The notes under the pieces: generated by a model | Seen by the model: only the letters and a program-made list of their open reading frames with translations | Told to the model about the DNA's origin: nothing | The model's database searches: none | Translations under genes and position numbers: made by a program | Assembly (NCBI GenBank): GCA_965644295.1 | Contig: CBFFRP010000043.1 | Coordinates: 1 to 64,000 of the forward strand | Direction of reading: 5' to 3' | Origin: Paraphysomonas bandaiensis | Lineage: Eukaryota; Protista; Chrysophyceae | DNA: 64,000 bases | Part shown: positions 1 through 13,000 of the stretch, piece after piece | How positions within the stretch are numbered: the stretch's first letter is position 1 | How the letters are laid out: each line of letters opens with the position of its first letter

Positions 1-2371
1 AAAACCATGATGGTATAATGGATGCATGGGAAAACAAAAGGGAAAGTATCCAATAATAGAATATATATACCATAACTATAAGATATAGTGTGTGCAGAGG
101 ACCAGATGGGGCATACCATCTACGAGTCATACACTCCCACTAATATAATATATAGGTAATGACATATGTATATATAATATATGTATATATATATATACTG
201 ATATTATGAACACAACGGTCATCGTATCGTAGAACCACTATAGTTCTGAAGAAGTCACAAACTTCAAAGCAAATCAATCCACGCTATGACAACATACGAG
301 GTTCATATGGAGTAGACGAAGAATTGAATCAACTATATATGCTTGTAATATTGCCTGACATGGTTAAACAAACAAAATATAGTATCATAATTTAATGTTC
401 ATATCATAAGTATGATACATCAGAATATAAGATAGATAATATGCATAACAAGTGAATCTTAATGATTATAATCAATATAGTATTATATACCTGTCACCTT
501 GAAATGCTTGAAAATCATGAACAGCTTAATATGGAAATGTTTTCTGTTGAATGTCTACATGACAACAATGAAAGAACAGATGAAACATATTAAATCACTG
601 GACTATATAGAGCCAGGTAAATACAAACGCTGAACTGATAATTGCATATATCGCATGAAAGTGCGCAATGCAGATTAAGATAATCAGTGCCTCTATAATA
701 GTAGGGCAGCAGAGTTAAAACTCTGATTGTGAGGCTGTTCTACCTGTGGAACAAAGCCAGCACTATTCCATACTAGTGAAATAAAAGAGATATATATGCC
801 TGCCTTTTATAATGATAAGGGGCTAAAATATGATATGCCTGCCATAAATAGGGGGCAATAAACTATACTCTTTCCTGGGGCTGTTGCGATGATGTTCCCG
901 TCGTATTGAAGGAACGACCTTCAGTCTGAGGGGTCATATCGAAAGCCGGCTGTAACGCGATTTCTGAGGTAGCTGGCTCGTTGGCTGCTCCAACAGATTT
1001 CTCGTCATGCACAATAACATCGGGTTCGGAACTAGGTTTAGAGGGGTCATTCCCGTCGGTATCATCCTCGTGGTTAAGTTCATCGTCGGATTTATCATAA
1101 ATCCGCTCCCGTGCTTGGAAAGGTAAAAGAATGCTGAATGAATTGAACATCCGTAGTATCTAGAACCATATAACTATACATGTCCTGAGATATCACAATA
1201 TTGGGAGGGGATACTGCTCTCAACCATAATATATACTGGACGGAAGAGATCAGCACTCAATAATTCATCAGATAGATAAATATAAAGACATAAGTCCTGA
1301 TTGAAGTGCTCTACTGTAAGCCGATATACATGATACGCCAAACAGAGCAACAACAAATGGTGTATAACCATTATATCTGATACATCACCAGAGAAAGAAG
1401 CAGACGAAGATAATAATCCATATATAATATATATATGCTGCTGATGAACAGAGCAACATCCTCTGGGAACACGTATTGGAGTACAAGCTGGTGTACAGTG
1501 AAACCCTTGTGGATAAGATAAAGCAATCACCATCGTCGAACTCTTGATAAATAACTACTCTCGTTGAATAAAGAGAAGAGAATCCATGCTCTCAAACACT
1601 ACTGCTGTGCGAGGCTAACATATAGCTCATAACAAGCGATCTCTTACTGCAGGGTTGACTCCCTGAGAAGGCGAATAGTAGTCATCGAAAGAATATTCAC
1701 AGCCATCAACATGAAGTCTAACCACTCCTGGTGTATCACCGGACAAAGCGTCTCAAGGTGTCAAAATCAGCACACATGGTGGAGACAAGTCATCAAAATC
1801 AGACTGGCTGGAATGGACATGTGCATTAGTGTATACACTGTCATCTCCTTAAAGTCATATAATACACACTGCAGGAACACAAACAAGGAACAGACAGACT
1901 GTCGATTTGTTTTCAGTGCCCAAAAAAAATGCATATTCTCCGGAAATATTCTCTTTAAAAAAACGATTTTCCGAGTTTGAACAAAAAGGTACATATTTTC
2001 CGGAAATTGATTCCAAAAACCCCCGGATTTTCGAGTTTTCGAGAAACAGCAGAGTTCAAAGGAAGCACATCGTGTATTTCGTCTGTGTACAGATGACAGG
2101 CTTGTTTCATATGTTGATGCCGTCATTCCACCAGTGATGTGGAGGCGAACAAACAAATAAATAAGGTTGGTTATCGTAACCATCTGCTACCAAGTTAAAG
2201 TATGAAGTACTTTAGAGGAGAAAAGGTATATTATATATTAAGGACAACTGATGTAAACATGTCAATGTGTGATGACAATGAATGGATATGCATGCATGTG
2301 ACATACTATCCATTCATTCATAATACGTAGTGCGTATGTGATAGGAAAACTACGGAAGCGAAGTTTACACT

Positions 2372-3184
2372 TCAACTATTCTCATTAGACAATGTGATTG
2401 TGTTATATAAACCCATTACTAATGATATGAATCTAACTATTGAACTTTTACCAACACCCATTGGCCCTTTCAAATAAATCATTGTTTTCATCTTATGTCC
2501 TTTTATAAGCTTTCTTATCCAGCTTTTGTCATACTTATAATTAACTTCATTCCCTGAATTCCACACTTCTTTAATGTGATTCCATATGAACTTCATTCCT
2601 TTTTTACCTCGCTCAATTTTCTTCATATCTTTCTTTGAGTTCTTATCGTATTTATATCCTGAAAACAAATTTAAGAAGTCGTCATCACCTTTAGAAAATA
2701 TCCTGGGTTTTGTGTTATCACATACTAAAGTATGTTTATCAGAGTATTTATTAAACCATGCTTTAATATGATCGGGAAAGTACTTTCCAAATGTGTTTAT
2801 AAAATTAGTTTGTGAATACTCATATGGTAGTATATGACCATCTGGGTTTTTTGTTAATACGTAAAACATACTATCGTAACCATGGAATATATTTTGTTTA
2901 ATGTAAGTTGTTGACTTAGGGAAAACTTTTTCATAATCTTCTGTTTCTAGTTTCTTAATTATATCTGTTCTTATTGTGTTTTCATTTATTCTTATCTTTG
3001 TATTTAACGTTCCTACAGTTTCAGAGACTTTCTTATTTATATATGTTTCATAATTATCAACTTCTTCTTTATATAATCTTTTAAGTTCTTTGTCTTTGTA
3101 AAGTTGTAAATATTTACCTATAAATTGCTCCTTCTCTTCTTTTGTAATCTTTTCACCATTGATCTCAGATTTTGTTTTTGTCAT
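2372..3184 (-). pseudogene. Truncated SF3/D5-like helicase of virophage / Polinton-like virus type
   Basis: Intronless, very AT-rich, Lys-rich ORF. Contains FLNLFSG...HIKEVWNSGNEVNYKY..SW and Walker A LKGPMGVGKS, the pattern of D5/SF3 helicases. Stops about 25 aa after Walker A (no Walker B), where composition returns to host-like. Confidence 0.75.
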
Positions 3185-3324
3185 AACTATATATATTATA
3201 TATATATAATTATTTTTTTAAATGATTTTATATATTAAAAAATGTTTTATATATTTTTATAAAATTGTGAAATTAAGGGTTTTTATATAAATCAAGGTTT
3301 TTATATAAAAATTGGGACGTTTTT

Positions 3325-3423
3325 GCTTTAAGCATATTCGCCATTATATCACTACAACTACATTCCAGAGCTTTAAGCATATTCGCCATTATATCACTAC
3401 AACTACATTCCAGAGCTTTAAGC
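3325..3423. repeat. 45-bp tandem repeat, 2 exact copies plus a partial third
   Basis: gctttaagcatattcgccattatatcactacaactacattccaga at 3325 and 3370; partial copy at 3415. Confidence 0.95.
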
Positions 3424-3454
3424 TTTGCCATTATACATTATTATAAAAAAGTCA

Positions 3455-3607
3455 TATAGATAACAAAGTAGATTTAATAAGTAGTTTTAATGGTAGAATC
3501 CCGGGGTTTTACAACCTTTACAAATTTAAATTATTTTTCATTTTAATTTTTCCCTCCCCCTATATCTACTATTAAATCTACTTATTAAATCTACTTTACT
3601 ATCTATA
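3455..3607. repeat. 30-bp inverted repeat with ~93-bp spacer
   Basis: tatagataacaaagtagatttaataagtag (3455-3484) vs ctacttattaaatctactttactatctata (3578-3607); 28/30 complementary. Confidence 0.9.
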
Positions 3608-4566
3608 TTACTTTTTATTATAAACATTATAAATAATATATAAAGTTATTAATTTTATTTAAGAATATAAATAATATATAAAGTAATTAAAAGTTATTAA
3701 TAATATATAAAGTAATTAAAAATATATAAAGTTAAATTAGCAAAGAGAAGGAATTACAACTGCAAGCTTGCAGTTGTAATTGGAAACACTCGAAGAGAAG
3801 AGCCCCTTGAGGGGTTGGGGTAGAAAAAGGCTTGTCCTTGTCCCGCCTCCCTCGTTTTTTCTATCGGATACGCAACCACCGAACCTCATAGGACACTGGT
3901 GGACGTATGACTCCGCTGGTATAGCTAGCTCCCACCATTCATTCACACCTCATCAGAGCTACCACTCGCTACCATGTTATAATTGGACAATATATATCAC
4001 ATCATATTGCAGAACTCAATATACACTAAACAAGTAACTTTGCTGTTTGCTATTAGCTTATATCATGTATTATCTTTGAAGAAGTTATGTATACGGTGTT
4101 GTTGCTGTATAAACAGCAGTCACTGACCTGATCAGACAACAAGCAAACTATTGGCTGCTACTCAGAGCCTTTGTTAAAAGGATAAATGTTCCCATCAATC
4201 ATTGACTATCTCTGAAATAACAAAACCATTTCAATTCAGTACAGTGGTTAACTTCACTAAAGCCATTTTACAATCTTAGACAGTAACTATAATTTCAACC
4301 AATCTAATTTATTTCATAATACTTCCTGAAACCCATATACGATGAAGTAATGATAACATACCCCACCATAAAAAACTATTTTCTAGTGCACCTTTCAATA
4401 TACATGCTAATGCAGAAAATCTCTATCCCAACAATATTTTCTTGTTTCAAGTTTTAGTCACTGGATTCTAGGAGATATGCACATACTGACCGTACCGTAT
4501 TCATGAGTTAACACTATTTATGAAAGATGAAACTTTGACCCTTTATATCAATCTATAGTCCGAACA

Positions 4567-6873
4567 CTACAACAGTACTTTGTCACATATACCAACCGCA
4601 TATGTCTTTCCCTTGGACCTCAGTGCAAATCGACCCAACGCTCTACATGAGGTAAATTCCTCTATGCACACATTGCACACCACTTCTATTTTCACACTGG
4701 CACTCCGGTCGCCAGGAACACATTTCGGTTTCTTGACCGTGCCCGACCGGGAAGTGAGGGAGAAAATTTTCCGTACGTGACATTGGACCTCCTCACCATG
4801 GAGATAGAGCTCGAACGAAGACCCAGGGATAATAGGTGGCACTAAAGGTGAAAGAGTCAGGATGGTGGCACGGAAGAGTCGACATGAGTGAGGGGAAGAT
4901 GGTCCCTTGTAGAGTACCATGCCTTCCTTCAATTTTATCTCCTCGTGAGACCGATTGGCCCTGTAAAAGCTGTCAGCACATGTTGAAGACGAAAATATTG
5001 TTATATCTCAAACCTGTCCAGAAGCAGCAGCGTTCCCGATTCTCCAGCGGGAAGTACATCCACGAAACTACCGTCATCTTTAGTAATTTTCTTAACATCA
5101 AATACCCCTTGAAGCAGAGCGATTCCAACCCCCCTACCCTTGCGCACCCGGCCCTGGAGTACTTTAACCCGTACCTATAGGGTACTATCACACCATTAGG
5201 TTGCCCTTCACATCTCCTTACCTCAAAACCTTTAGACCCTTCCGAAACAATAGTATTCAAAGCTGCACGCAAAGGTCGGTTAGATTCTCTCGGAGGCTCC
5301 TTAAAAGAATTGATCATCTCCAGCAGTGTCGGGCCAGTGTACCACTCTCTCAGTGCACTGTTACCGGGAGAAGAGCCCTTGCCTCCCATATCTCCAGGGA
5401 GAATGTTAACTCCTTCTAAACTACTGACGGGAACACACCGTACTGCTCGGGGACCAAACTGAAGCTCGCTGAGGAGCATCCGAATATCCGTCTACAATCA
5501 TTACCTTTAGGAATTGCAGCACAATCACATATATTACCTCTATTTGTTGGAACCGCTCCCGACACCATGGAGGGTTGGTCATGTCCATTTTATTAGCTAC
5601 CACAACCACTTGATTAACTCCCTGCAGTAGTTATTAAGTAACAAACCTAGCCATAATTGAATATACAATATCTCACCAGAGCTTTCAAGAGGACAGCATG
5701 CTCACGTGTTTGGGCGTTCTCTCCCATAGAGCTCTCGTACTCACCTGCGCTGGCGGGGACGACCAGCAGGGCTACATCAGCTTGTGTCGCCCCAGTGATT
5801 AGATTCGGTATAAAGTCCCTGTGTCCGGGGGCATCCAGGACGGTGAAATTGTAATTATCTGTACGCAGGTACCTTTCAGCAACTCCAATGGTGACCCCGT
5901 GGTCCCTTTCACTCTCGCTTTCGTCCATTACCCACGCCAGGTAGAAACTACTTTTCCCAGCTGCCTGGGCGCTTCGCTCATACTTGTGAATTGTGCGTGA
6001 AGAAACTGAACCCATCTGATACAACAGATTGCCAACTAAAGTACTCTTGCCTGCATCAACGTGACCGGCGACCACAAGTGCCAGATGAGGCAGCGTGCGC
6101 TCGGCTTCCTCTTCCTTGAGGTCACAATCTAACTCGTCGTCTGACAAAGCTGCCACACGGTTCAATTGACCACTAGAATTAGAAGTGGTCATTCCAGACC
6201 GCACCCCACTACCACTGCGGGAAAGAGGTGGAGCAGGAGAAGAGGACACAGACCGAGAGCCGCCTCCAGAACGAACGTTCGACACTTTTCTATGCAGCGG
6301 GGGTGTCGACGAACGCACAGCACCCACTGCAGAAGCTGGAGATGACTCCTGTGCGAGAGCGTTCTTGCGAGATTTGATGTGGTGCGATTTAGGGCTAGAC
6401 TTGTTGGACACAGGGGAGGAGACACCCAAGGGCGGTTTCTGTGTGGTATTCTGAGGCGATGGTAAAGCCGGAGGCTGTGAGAATCCAGGCGGTGCAGGTG
6501 CAGCAGATGCACCAGAGGTTAAAGCTAATCCTGGGGGGGCAGATTTACTTGGCGAAGGTTTGGCGTATTTATCACAAAGATACGTCATTGCGGCTGAAGT
6601 GTCCCCATTATGCATCATTAGCACACTGCACATATCCGCCTCAGACATCTCGTGTATGGACCCACCCATCACCTCTCTCACTAGATGAATAAACTCTTTC
6701 TCTGCATCAGTGGTTCGGAGTATAGATGAGCCAAGAAATTCCCCCATATTGATATGAGTCTGTCGTTTCTCAACAGAGTGAACTCTCTCATCGTAATCAT
6801 CATAATAGTCATCATCATCATAGTAGTCGTCATAGTCGTCATAGTCCTGAAGAGCAGTGCGATGTCGAGACAT
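4567..6873 (-). CDS. HBS1: HBS1-like translational GTPase (eRF3/EF1A family), about 5 exons
   Basis: N-terminus MSRHR...DYDD; G1 [29 protein letters not shown]; C-terminal [14 protein letters not shown]. ORFs 5647-6873, 5421-5609, 4973-5479 and 4567-4932 plus a short exon ([11 protein letters not shown]) join through GT-AG introns. Confidence 0.92.
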
Positions 6874-6954
6874 ACTTGCTGACAGAAGAATATGATTAAT
6901 AAGTTGCTACCTTCACATTCCTCCTCACAACATACACATATACATGTACCTATA

Positions 6955-7118
6955 TACATACATACATACATACATATATACATACATACATACATACATA
7001 CATACATACATACATACATACATACATACATACATACATACATACATACATACATACATACATACATACATACATACATACATACATACATACATACATA
7101 CATACATACATACATACA

Positions 7119-7152
<34 letters not shown>

Positions 7153-7153
7153 C

Positions 7154-7184
<31 letters not shown>

Positions 7185-7338
7185 CATACATACATACATA
7201 CATACATACATACATACATACATACATACATACATACATACATACATACATACATACATACATACATACATACATACATACATACATACATACATACATA
7301 CATACATACATACATACATACATACATACATACATACA
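6955..7338. repeat. (TACA)n microsatellite, ~385 bp
   Basis: Near-perfect tetranucleotide run just upstream of HBS1, possibly inside a 5'UTR intron (ctgtcag|caagtATG). It generates the spurious MYVC/YIHT ORFs. Confidence 0.98.
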
Positions 7339-7348
7339 TGTACCAGTA

Positions 7349-7449
7349 CAGTGCACTCTCGATATGATCATCGATGTATGGTCAACACTCTCGTTATGAG
7401 AAATAGTTTGCCTATGGTACAGACCCTTGATCATATCGAGAGTGCACTG
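7349..7449. mobile_element. 101-bp MITE of Tc1/mariner-pogo type
   Basis: Perfect 22-bp TIRs CAGTGCACTCTCGATATGATCA (7349-7370 and 7428-7449), flanked by TA on both sides. Confidence 0.85.
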
Positions 7450-7741
7450 TACAATGTCTGAATACAAAAAAGTAGTAAGGAAGTGATGCATTGAGAAGTA
7501 TGGTATGCTGATGTCAGGGATTGGCTGTGCCTGGGTGTTGATAAGGATTGAAAGCATTCTCGTTTGTAAGCAGGGTGGTTCAATCGCAACGCGTATATGC
7601 TAACTCATTGTTGTTTTACCATTGACGGCTCTAATACCACACTCATCTCTGTCCAAGTCAACAGTCTCTAGTTCAATGTGAAGTGAAACTAACACAATAC
7701 TATCACCCCCTCTATAAGGAACACTCGAAAGAACGAAGTGA

Positions 7742-9328
7742 TTGCTGTCGGAAGATATTAATGACATCAAAGCTGATCTCAGGGAAGCAATAGCTGGCAG
7801 TGATAACGAACACAGAGATATACTGAAAGCATTGCTTTTGGAACTCCTGAAGGAAGAAAACAGGCTGGCAAATATTTATTTCCAAATCCCTCACGTCACA
7901 TCTTCATTAAGTATCTCCAAAATAGTTGAGTTTTGCCAATAATCTGCTTCGACTTTTTATAACAGTGCGCCGATTGGTTTTGGCTTCCTGTCCACATCAG
8001 TCAGATTTGACCCCACATATTACAAGTTAGAGCATAGTCTACATTGTTGTCTGGTTCCAACCTATGAAGAAGTGTTGTAAGCCACTCGTCTAAGACTGTG
8101 TGGAGAGAAAATGGGACTGTAAACATGGTGTGAAACTGAACTCGGTAGAGTGCATCAGCAATTTGCAGCTGTGGAATGGATGTAGAAAGGCGTTGAGGAC
8201 AATGGACAACAACAGCTGGGTCACCGGGGGCTTGCTGTTGGTATAGCTTCCCACACCTCTTTCGAAGATTCTCATCACCGCTTTGGGCAATATATCTTGT
8301 CGGACATTGAACATAAAGGCGTAGAATCGTCAGAGATGCCCACAGTGGCGCAACTTGCAGTATCTGCAACTAACTTTGCAATGAAATTGTTAATCGATGG
8401 CGTTCCGAGTACTGAATGCATCATTCTAGCCATTGGCAATACTGGTTTGTCATTCGTTGCCGGAGTGACTATTGTGCTGGATGAGTCCTTCTCGACTTAT
8501 ATCCCCCTTTGCAAACACTTGGACCTCTCGGATCCTGTGGAAAGGCAGATTGCCTCCGCTTATATCGCGAAAGCTAGTGCACACTGCGAGAAACTCTACG
8601 ATTTTATTTGTACCACCCCACCTTCAAGTGATATGCCTGCTCCCCTTGGGCTTGTTGTTGATGACATACTATATTAAGATGTTGTCCCGTGATGTGTATC
8701 AACGTTGTTTGCTGTGCACAATGCAAATCATCTTGACATAGAGAATGGCATTCACCACATGATCGATGCTCTTAACATGGTGTACACAACTCCGAGTCTC
8801 GCCCCTTCGCGGAGCATCCGTTGTCTATTCGTACACCTGATAGCGAGTGATGGGTGCTATCAGCTAATATACAGAGACCTGACGAAGCTTGGTTACCGGA
8901 TTGGAGCCCCAAATCTAATCACAAACGAAGATGTTTATGATTTATATGTGAAAGCCTTGACTGCAGCGGTTGATAGCATTCACAGAGCTGGGGTGATTCA
9001 TGTGGATCTCTTCCTGTCCAATGTAAAGTGGCTAAATAGTGAAGACGCAGTGTGGTCGAGATTAAGATTATAGACTGGGATACATCTCATTGCCTTGATG
9101 AAGGAGAATTCGTGGAAAATGTTGTAAGGGCACTAATTGTTTATATTGGAAGTGAGCATTTACATTTTGGAGTTGAGCATGATCGCCTCTAACTTGTGGT
9201 ACTGTCCTTGGAGAAGGATAAATATTCAGAGAAATGGCAATGCTTGGCCAGTAACCAGAAAGATATAATCGACACTGCGTTTATAGAACTGTTTGGGGTT
9301 GTCGTTTTTGGCGAAAAGACAGTTTGAT
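7742..9328 (+). pseudogene. Disrupted Crinkler-like gene: helical header, possible REase-like domain, protein kinase
   Basis: Fragments in different frames with stops (7742-7942, 8297-8677, 8705-9073, then a shifted frame). Kinase motifs SIHRAGVIHVDLFLSNV and, after a frameshift, EIKIIDWD. Start position uncertain. Confidence 0.6.
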
Positions 9329-9520
9329 GTGACACATAGGTTCTATTTACAGTGAGTGTGTCATTTCTCGTGGAGTTTTGGCTTCGACAGATAGATAGAT
9401 AGATAGATAGTTAAATTCAGCATCGCGTAATCAACACAAGTCATATATGGTCTATCCAACTTATTTCCCATTAAACCATTTTCATTTACCACAAAGTAAT
9501 TGGGCTTAATCCTAATTACT

Positions 9521-9745
9521 AATACCCCGGATGCCTTTGAGCTAGGCCCAAGGACGTCTACACAAGTAACACTTGTATTAATGTTCCTTGTACCACACAA
9601 GCATTTGGCTATGAGTGGGCAGAACGTTATCTGCTGACTATTTAATAGGTGGCTCACGACAGTTTCCAGAAGAAATCTCTCCGATACTTATCACGAATCC
9701 CCTTGAACACTACAAAAAGGCAGGTGCAAGTCCGAGTTTGTTAAG
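9521..9745 (+). repeat. Dispersed repeat, diverged copy 1
   Basis: Aligns by eye to the reverse complement of 58148-58370 (shared blocks aataccccggatgcc, acacaagtaacacttgtatta, gagtgggcagaa, aggtgc(a/g)agtccga). Confidence 0.85.
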
Positions 9746-10048
9746 GGACACAATTTGTTTCTGTAATTACTACTGTTAAAATGCTGCTAAATATTTACCC
9801 CCTAAGGCTATTTGGTTGTCGCAGTTTCGAAGAAGCTGAAACCAATTCTACTTAGCCATCGCTGTCGGAACCCATTAGATTCATTATTTAGCGACAGTGA
9901 CTACGAATTTATAGATACCTCTCTGTACTTATTATTATCATCAATAAGTATCCTTACGCATTAGTGTGAACATATAGTTATATACATATGCTGGCACACA
10001 TCACCAAATAAACACACTTAACATATAAACTCTGCTCTGATAGGGCAG

Positions 10049-13000
10049 CTAGTCATCTAAATCATCGAAATAATAAACGCTCTGTTGAGTTGGATTCAGT
10101 GTTTGCCCCCATTGAACATCAAATGGGTCATCCCCAAATGAAGTTGGTAGCGATGTGGCACTATGAACGGACGCAATATCCCAGTCATCTACAGGGACAA
10201 TAGCAGATACATTGGATCTTGATCTCAAAGTTTGTTGCTTCTTCATACGCTTTGCTTTACGCAGCCTTTCCCTGTCAAGAGCTCTCTCCCGAACCATCTG
10301 TGTCCTGCACCTCTGGAACACCCCCTCTGGAAAATGATTTATACCTGGATTCTTGACCTCCTCGTGAGGGTAATCGGGGGTGACTTCAAGTCCACATAAA
10401 TCTACAATTTCAATATTAATTCACTACACTAAAATGTAAACACTGAGCACTACTCACAACAAAAGTCAGTGCGATCTCTAACGCAAGGTATGCCATCACT
10501 GCTCTTGTGGACCATATGATGGCAAGTATCAGGGTCATCCTTCTCTATTATTTTAGAGCACGATGGACATTTTTGAGCTCCAGCTATCTTCGTCCACTCT
10601 TCAAGCTGATCATCTACCGTTTCCGCTGAGCATCGCTGTCCATAGTGCCATGGTTTTTTACATCGAATACAGAAACGCTGAATACAATACGGACACTCGA
10701 CCATTGACACGCTACTGCTGGATGGGTAGTTAACAAAATTGTTGCAGAAAATGCATCTCATGCCTTCTCCGTACATAGAACGATCACAAAACTCGATAAA
10801 CTTATCATACTGCGTTTCAGTAAGCACTCTTTTGGCCACTTCCGCGTCAATGAGACCCACACAGTTTTCAAAATGTAGTGGACATTTCAGTGGAAACATA
10901 GACACATCTCCGAGTGCAGCAACGACATATCCCCTTAGATCATCGAGGCATATTTTGTGCTTGCACTTTAGTGACAAGACTTTCACCTCAGCGATATGAC
11001 ACACCATGCAATCACCGCGAAAAAGAAGTTTATTTTTAACTTCATCCATTTTGGGGGTATACTTAGGATACGGGCGCGGTGCTGCTCCCTCGTACTTCTT
11101 CTTCTTTTTACGCTTCATAGCTTCATTCAATATATTATGAATTAGGCATGTCAAACAACATAGCAAATACGTACATTTCTCGATTTTACTCATGGCCAGC
11201 GTGACGCACTTTGGCAGTCGGTTATACACAAACAACACAGTGAACATGACAATTGCAAATACTGTGATCACAGCCAGTGGTATAAAAAACTTCGTATAAA
11301 AGTCGTTGTCTTCTTTTTCGTCCTTTAAACTCTTAACTAAAATACAATTCACGATTAGAAGAACTTAAATTTAGACACATTTCACTCACTGTATTTTAAG
11401 CAGTCCTGTCCTTGGTCATCGCCATTCAACCAATACTGCATTTCTAAGCCAAAGTCTACATCATCGGGGATCATATTCTTTGTAGTGTTTGCATCTATAA
11501 TTATGGTTGCACGCCCACAAGGAATGTTTATTTTTATTTTTCTTGCCCTAACACGATTGATATCAAGAAGCACATGGTCGTAGCCATATAATCCCCCAAT
11601 CACACGAAGCCGGCCGGTGGTTTCCCCCTTGAACTCGAGAATCCGCAAAGTTATTGACTGCATAGTGTTTCCAGAATCAAGTGAGTACACACAAGTTTTT
11701 CCTGGCACGACAGGTTCTAAATTTTGGTTTGAGACGTCCGCGGAGTGTGATTTTCCCTCCCATTCTCCTCGAAGGCTTAATATACTACGTACGCTGTCGA
11801 GGGTGGTCAAAAAAGATGACGCAACCTGATTGCTCGCAATCGAAAATTTTGGGGAAACTAGAGTAGCTGGCACTGCTCCGTGCACAGTTCCACAAGTCAG
11901 GAGTTTATTCTCTGGTGGCCTTAGCGGTTGCTCCATTGATGCAACACGACCATCATTAGAAGCTACATCAGCCTCCACTGAATATGAGTACCAAGGATAA
12001 TAAGATAGAGCTGATATATCTGTTGATACACGCAGATTCCACGATGACGTGTTTCTGGCAGTATCGATGTCAGAACTAAAACTAAACGACGATGGGGATA
12101 GTAGCAGCATTGGATCGCTTGAGTCTCTCCAAAAAGGCTCAGTGATAGACCAGTAGCTAGCTTGAAACCCACTACCAATATGCTGGGAGTTTAGATCTAC
12201 TGGAGACTTGAATCGCACAAAAAGTGTGCTCGATGAGCTTACAATTCGATCTGGTAGCTCCGTGCAGTCTATACAGTACCACAAAAGAACAGCTGTGTCA
12301 TCTGAACCATCATAAATCCACATTTCTGCACCACCTCGTAAATCATTAGCTGTGAGTTCAAGAACCAACTTTCCTGGTGTAGTGGCATAGGCACTATAAA
12401 TGACCCATTCACAAGTATCTCCAATGTGCATCGGTTCCGCCGGCTCACTTCCATCAGAGAAATGCATTGAAGGGGCCGTGAGCTTTCCTGGATTTTTCGC
12501 AAGACCACAGTGATACGAATCACCTAAAGAGAAGTATGATACATCAATGAAACTATCGGTGTTCAAAATGGCAGTTTGGTTGGCTGGTTTTGTTGATATA
12601 AACTGCAAAACCGCTTCTCCAGAAGGAACCTCGACCCACTTTTCTAGAGCATACACATCACTAGTGTTATAAGCTTCTACACCAGTGCAGGTTATACTGG
12701 CAACCAGTGAGCTAGGCGACATGGACAGGCCCCCGCTGTATAGGTAAAGTGCATCAGAGCAGTCAACGATAGATACCATTGAAAATACGAAGTACAGCGC
12801 CCCATCGTGAATAGGATTTATATGCCACGTGTAGTTCGACACTACTGTAGTGCGAGTAGTAACACTTCGAGGAAGCTGAAGAGAATAATACGACGAGGAA
12901 TATAAGTTAATAACACCATCTCCAGGGCCAGTGTGAATGGAGGTGATAGCGTAGTACGCAACGGAGAAACCGTTTCCTACAGGTGCGCCGAATGGCGTGC

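Larger units (their letters stand above)
2372..3738 (-). mobile_element. AT-rich endogenous viral element fragment (helicase plus upstream repeat-rich region)
   Basis: Sharp drop in GC relative to both flanks; contains the helicase ORF, tandem repeats and an inverted repeat. Boundaries approximate. Confidence 0.6.

Noticed and set aside
1-2370. Possible decayed retroelement or gene fragments, including ORF 863-1150 flanked by aactatac
   Set aside because: No recognisable protein motif or TIRs; an 8-bp AT-rich match can arise by chance.
3325-3423. CRISPR-like repeat array
   Set aside because: Head-to-tail repeats with no spacers, no cas genes, and a eukaryotic context.
6681-7557. Long MYVC/YIHT-repeat ORFs
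   Set aside because: They are translations of the (TACA)n microsatellite.
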